A DNA stretch of 64,000 bases from Raillietiella orientalis. Taxonomy: Eukaryota. The notes below the pieces were generated by a model that saw only the letters and a list, made by a program, of their open reading frames with translations, had not been told where the DNA came from and did no database searches. The DNA lies in NCBI GenBank assembly GCA_036172245.1, contig JAYWIR010000009.1, positions 3,348,001 through 3,412,000 of the forward strand. The letters run 5' to 3'. This document shows positions 59,934-64,000 of the stretch, piece by piece; positions within the stretch are counted from its first letter, which is position 1; every line of letters starts with the position of its first letter. Position numbers and translations under genes: made by a program.

Positions 59934-61003
59934 ATGGTAAGAAATGAGATTCATTTTCCTTGCACCTCCTCTCCCCCCCCCCCCCCTCGGTGTTGCGTTA
60001 AAAGATACTTTCAGGGATTGAATAATAATTGATCCGCACCACTCCAACGAACCTTTTCAGGATACTCGTCGTATGCACGTTTAGCGGCGATGTACATCCG
60101 CAATCGAAACTGTACGCTTGCGAAGGGCGTTGTGAGAGTACGCTTGAAATTAGGGCACGCGCACGCGTAATCGAAAATGCTCGTGCGTTACGACTTGTTT
60201 GTACACGTACGGTGGTGTACATCCCGTTGCGCTGGTACGAGACTCGCTGCCGCTATGCCACGGGGGAGAAGCATCCGTTCGGACTGCCGCGGTCGGTCGT
60301 TCCGATACCCTCTGCACGTTCCCGCAGGCTACGAAGGCCTTCCCGGTCACGAGTTTGCGTGACGCCATCCGCCAGTGGGAAGAGAGGGAGCAGAAAAGGG
60401 TCTCCGACGCCGCCGAGATACGCCTGTGCGGCGTCTACCCCCCCCTGGAAAAGCTGGATGCGTCCCTGCATCAATTAGCACACTGCACGTAAGGAGATTA
60501 GAGAGAGGCCCTCCCGTTACTTCGCTTAATGCCGTCGCAGGAAGCTGTCATTATCGACGAATGCTATCGAGAAGATAAGCAACCTTAATGGATTCAGTAA
60601 GTCGCAATCCGTTGCAGTGGGGGCCCACGATGATTTAGAGAATCTCCGGACGCTGAGCCTCGGCCGGAACGGCATCAAGTCATTCGCCGGGATCGAAGCG
60701 GTGGGCGACACCCTCGAGGAACTGTGGATCTCCTACAACCTCATAGAACGCACCAAAGGGGTTGGGGCACTGAGGCACCTACGCGTGCTCTACATGTCCA
60801 ACAACCTGGTTCGCGAATGGGCCGAGTTCAATCGGCTGGCGGAGCTGACCCACCTCGAAGATCTCGTCTTCGTGGGCAACCCGCTGGAGGAGCGCGCCTC
60901 GGGCGAGGGCACGTGGCGACAGGATGTTGCACGGAGGCTACGCGGACTGACAAAACTTGATGGTGTAACCGTGGTTCGAGAAGATGAAGAAACGAACGTG
61001 TAA
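59934..61003 (+). CDS. DNAL1: Dynein axonemal light chain 1 (LRR protein), 4 coding exons, 194 aa
   Basis: Exons 59934-59936 (ATG|gtaag), 60328-60488, 60541-60596 and 60639-61003 are phase-consistent. Motifs [39 protein letters not shown] and [10 protein letters not shown]. Confidence 0.95.
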
Positions 61004-61331
61004 GACGGGGCCTTTATTTCGACACAGGCTCTCACACAAAAATATAAGTTATCTGTTTGGCCACATCCATAAATTAACAACAGTAGAACAACAACAGGAA
61101 CAACCACTCGAGGTGGTCGGTTCCATCAACGCACATAATGGGCGAGTCGCGGAATGCCCGGGCAGCCGACTGCTGCTATTGCTTTGGCACAGGCGAAAGT
61201 GAGATCTGCCCTGGAGGCACTTCGTGGCCCGACGAATACAGTGGGGCAGGTGCAGCTATCACAGAGTTCGGACGACGACGCCAGCAAACCACGACATCCA
61301 TGGAAAGAGACGGACTGAGAACACCGAAAAT

Positions 61332-64000
61332 TTAATTGCTGCAGGGGCGAAACAAGGATCCATTGCTCACTGGTCCCACCATCTCCAGGTCAACTGATGT
61401 GTGTCGACTCTTTTTTGTTTCAGCATCAGGTGGTCTGTGCGTTTTCATATGAGCACTGCGGCTTTTGACCTTGGGAAAAACTCTAAACCGCGTATATGTA
61501 ATTGGCAACCAATTCCAGCGTACTTGCCACAAATTTTGCATGGAAATTCTTCGAAACTTTCAGATACCAAACAGCGAGGAGGCGTGCTTGCATATGGGCG
61601 GTTGTGAAGCATTAAGGCCTGCTGGCTTGGAAAACACTGCAAAAAAGTGTTGCCACTGCACTTGAGGGGCAGGCGTACATACTGAGAAACAGTCGGGAGA
61701 ATCACACCAATTCAAGTGCATCTCTCCATTCTGGTGTTCAGTCTTATGACAATTATATGAAACGAAATTGGCACTATTATGCCCAGAGTGGCACTCTGTG
61801 TCCAGACCAAGGGCTACCATTCGTAAACGCAAGCCATAAAGGTGATCAGCCTCATGGCGACAACGCATTGTTCTCATGCGCTGATGTTCATCACAACAAG
61901 TTTTCTTCCACAGATAATAAAACTGTATGCAATGGGCTCTTGTCTTGGTACCCAAATGCTGGGATATGGCAGCAAAGTCTTTACTATAACGTGCTAATGC
62001 TGACTGAAAACCATCAAGCTCTTCTTGTTGCCATACATCAGTATGTGGATATTCCATATCTGATAAGGGATGGCAAGATGAGGATGCACTTAGCAGTTCC
62101 AGCATGGCAGCCTAATGACCGGGAGAAGTACAATGTCTCAAGCAATCCTGCCTCTTACCTGAATGTTTCCTGAGCATAAGTACAACACATTCAAGGCATA
62201 CTCAATGTTACGTCCTCCAGCTGGTAAAGCAGCACAGCACATCAAATCCAAGTAATTTTGTACTAATCCATAATATGTGACACTGCAATCAACATGCAAC
62301 TCACCTTCATCTTCCTGAAGATCAGTCACACAGAGAGGATCCCAAAGTAAAGTAGCATGATCTGCATCTGTACAACGTGCTGACTGCCATGCTGGAATAT
62401 CACACTGATGCTCGACTCCTACATTGATGTGGGGCAAATCTGAATTTACAGGAGCGTCAGGTACATGGACAGCTGCTCCAGTTTCGTAACTAATTGTTCA
62501 CCTCCAGCAAATTCAGACTTACCATTTGGACTGTTAGGGTGGTGGGAGCAATAGGCAAGCAAAACTTGCCAGTACAAACCACTTCCCCAACGTAATGGAT
62601 TCAGTAAAGGTGGAGCAATATAAGGAAGAGATTCTTGAGATTTTTCCACACAAATTGCATGCAAATACGAATGAAAGGGAGTAATGGAATTTCTTCCCAA
62701 ACAACACCAGGAATGAGGAGGATGTTTTTTTCTCAAAGTCTTAAAAGCACTATGATGGAAGAGCAATTTTAGTTCTCAGAACACAACAAAAGGAATAATT
62801 ACCTTATTTGAGTGAAGAAGACATCATCTTCAACTTCATCTTTCTCAGACAGTGCAGAAACATGAGCACAATTAGGATGGGATGATGAATTTTCTGACAA
62901 ACAAGAACCGATGCTTACATTTCTTTCTGTGACCAAACCAGACAAATGTTTGTTTGCAAGAGCAGGCACAGCAAGATTGTGGAGTGATGTATCTTCCATT
63001 TTTAAATAATTTGAAGATTCTGATGACAATGCAGTAAACTGTTTGTCTGCAACCACACAAACTGATTCCATAAGAGAAAAATTCGTTGAAGAATAGGGAA
63101 TAGGAAGATGATCTGGTGGGGGGAACTGCATGACCATGCTAGGTGAATACGGTGTTTCATGAAACTGATACATATCAGTATTGTTTTCATGTGGTTGTTG
63201 AAGAGCAGAGTGCACAGAAGTTTTTGATTTGTTAAAAGCACCAATAACATCAACTTCTGATGTCATCAATGGGGACAGATATGCACCATGGCCATTTTCT
63301 AAGGGGGAATGAATAGGAGATGACAATGATGTCTGTGACTGAGTTTGCAGAAGATTCTCTTGAATGGAAGCCGCCGAAAATTCTTGTAAACTTTGGTTAT
63401 CTGCAAAAGCAAGCTCTGAGAAAGAGCTCAATGCCTGACTTTCCTCTAATTTTTGCAAGGCCTTAGCAGCTTGAATAAGTTCCTGGATGTGTTCCTGATT
63501 TGGCAGATCATTCACATGAATCCCTTCAGCATTCAACATTGCTTTGGGATCTTCCATAAAACCATTTTCATCGATCTGGGAGAGTTCATGAGGGGGAGTG
63601 GTTTCCAGCATGGGCACATAATCAGGAGAATAAAAACCATCTGAAGCACTACCAACAGACTCTAAAAACCGACCAGATTCTGAGCCAAGTACAAAGTTTT
63701 CTGAGCCAAAATTGTAACAATCAAGTGGAGTTGGCGCCTCAGAATTCTTTAATGATCTCACACTATTTCCAATTTCACCTAGCATCATCATCGAATCGGG
63801 AGAAGAGGAAGGCAAACCCAGCACCTCCAGATTATCTAGATCTGTATCTTTATCATCACGATTCTTTAGTAATTCATTCAACTGAAAAGCATCTTCCTGT
63901 TTGAAACTGTTCACATCCATTTCTTGGCACACTGATAATTTGAGAGGGTCATAAACTGAAGCAGCTTCACATGCAGTATTGGTGTTACTGACAAGAACAT
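61332..64000 (-). CDS. TRERF1: TRERF1/ZNF541/MIDEAS-family ELM2-SANT C2H2 zinc-finger transcriptional regulator (3' part)
   Basis: Exons >64000-62803, 62749-62502, 62439-62305, 62262-62159, 62111-61683, 61636-61524 and 61482-61332 are phase-consistent. Motifs PYIAPPLLNPLRWGSGL, ELM2 INVGVEHQ, SANT W..E..F..KDF..IQFYYLWKK and [23 protein letters not shown]. Confidence 0.9.

Noticed and set aside
1..64000. CRISPR arrays, rRNA genes or prokaryotic operons
   Set aside because: No regularly spaced direct repeats or rRNA signatures seen; the sequence is eukaryotic with spliceosomal introns.

Overview
Eukaryotic (metazoan, most likely arthropod or other protostome) genomic DNA with very short introns (about 40-60 nt); most ORFs in the six-frame track are spurious GC-rich frames. 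Recognisable genes: the 3' part of an MSS51/ZMYND15-type gene (left edge), a two-exon cytochrome b561 (CYB561D2-like), a PP2A B56 regulatory subunit (minus), axonemal dynein light chain 1 (DNAL1) with an upstream RFX X-box, and the 3' part of a TRERF1/ZNF541/MIDEAS-type ELM2-SANT-C2H2 gene (minus, right edge). At 43.7-58.3 kb is a cluster of three intronless divergent ionotropic-receptor (IR, iGluR-derived) genes. Two of them lie in a near-identical 2.67-kb direct duplication whose differences are concentrated in the N-terminal and S1 ligand-binding region. The rest is largely transposon debris: a decayed full-length Hsmar1-like mariner, two hAT transposase remnants, and many fragments of an L1/Tx1-type non-LTR family sharing a fixed-length 3' terminal motif. 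There are also two decayed gene copies (EPTP/EAR-repeat and GH31-like) and a ~415-bp fold-back. Housekeeping gene bodies are strongly CpG-depleted while IRs, DNAL1 and TEs are CpG-rich. All family assignments come from motif recognition by eye; no database searches were run.
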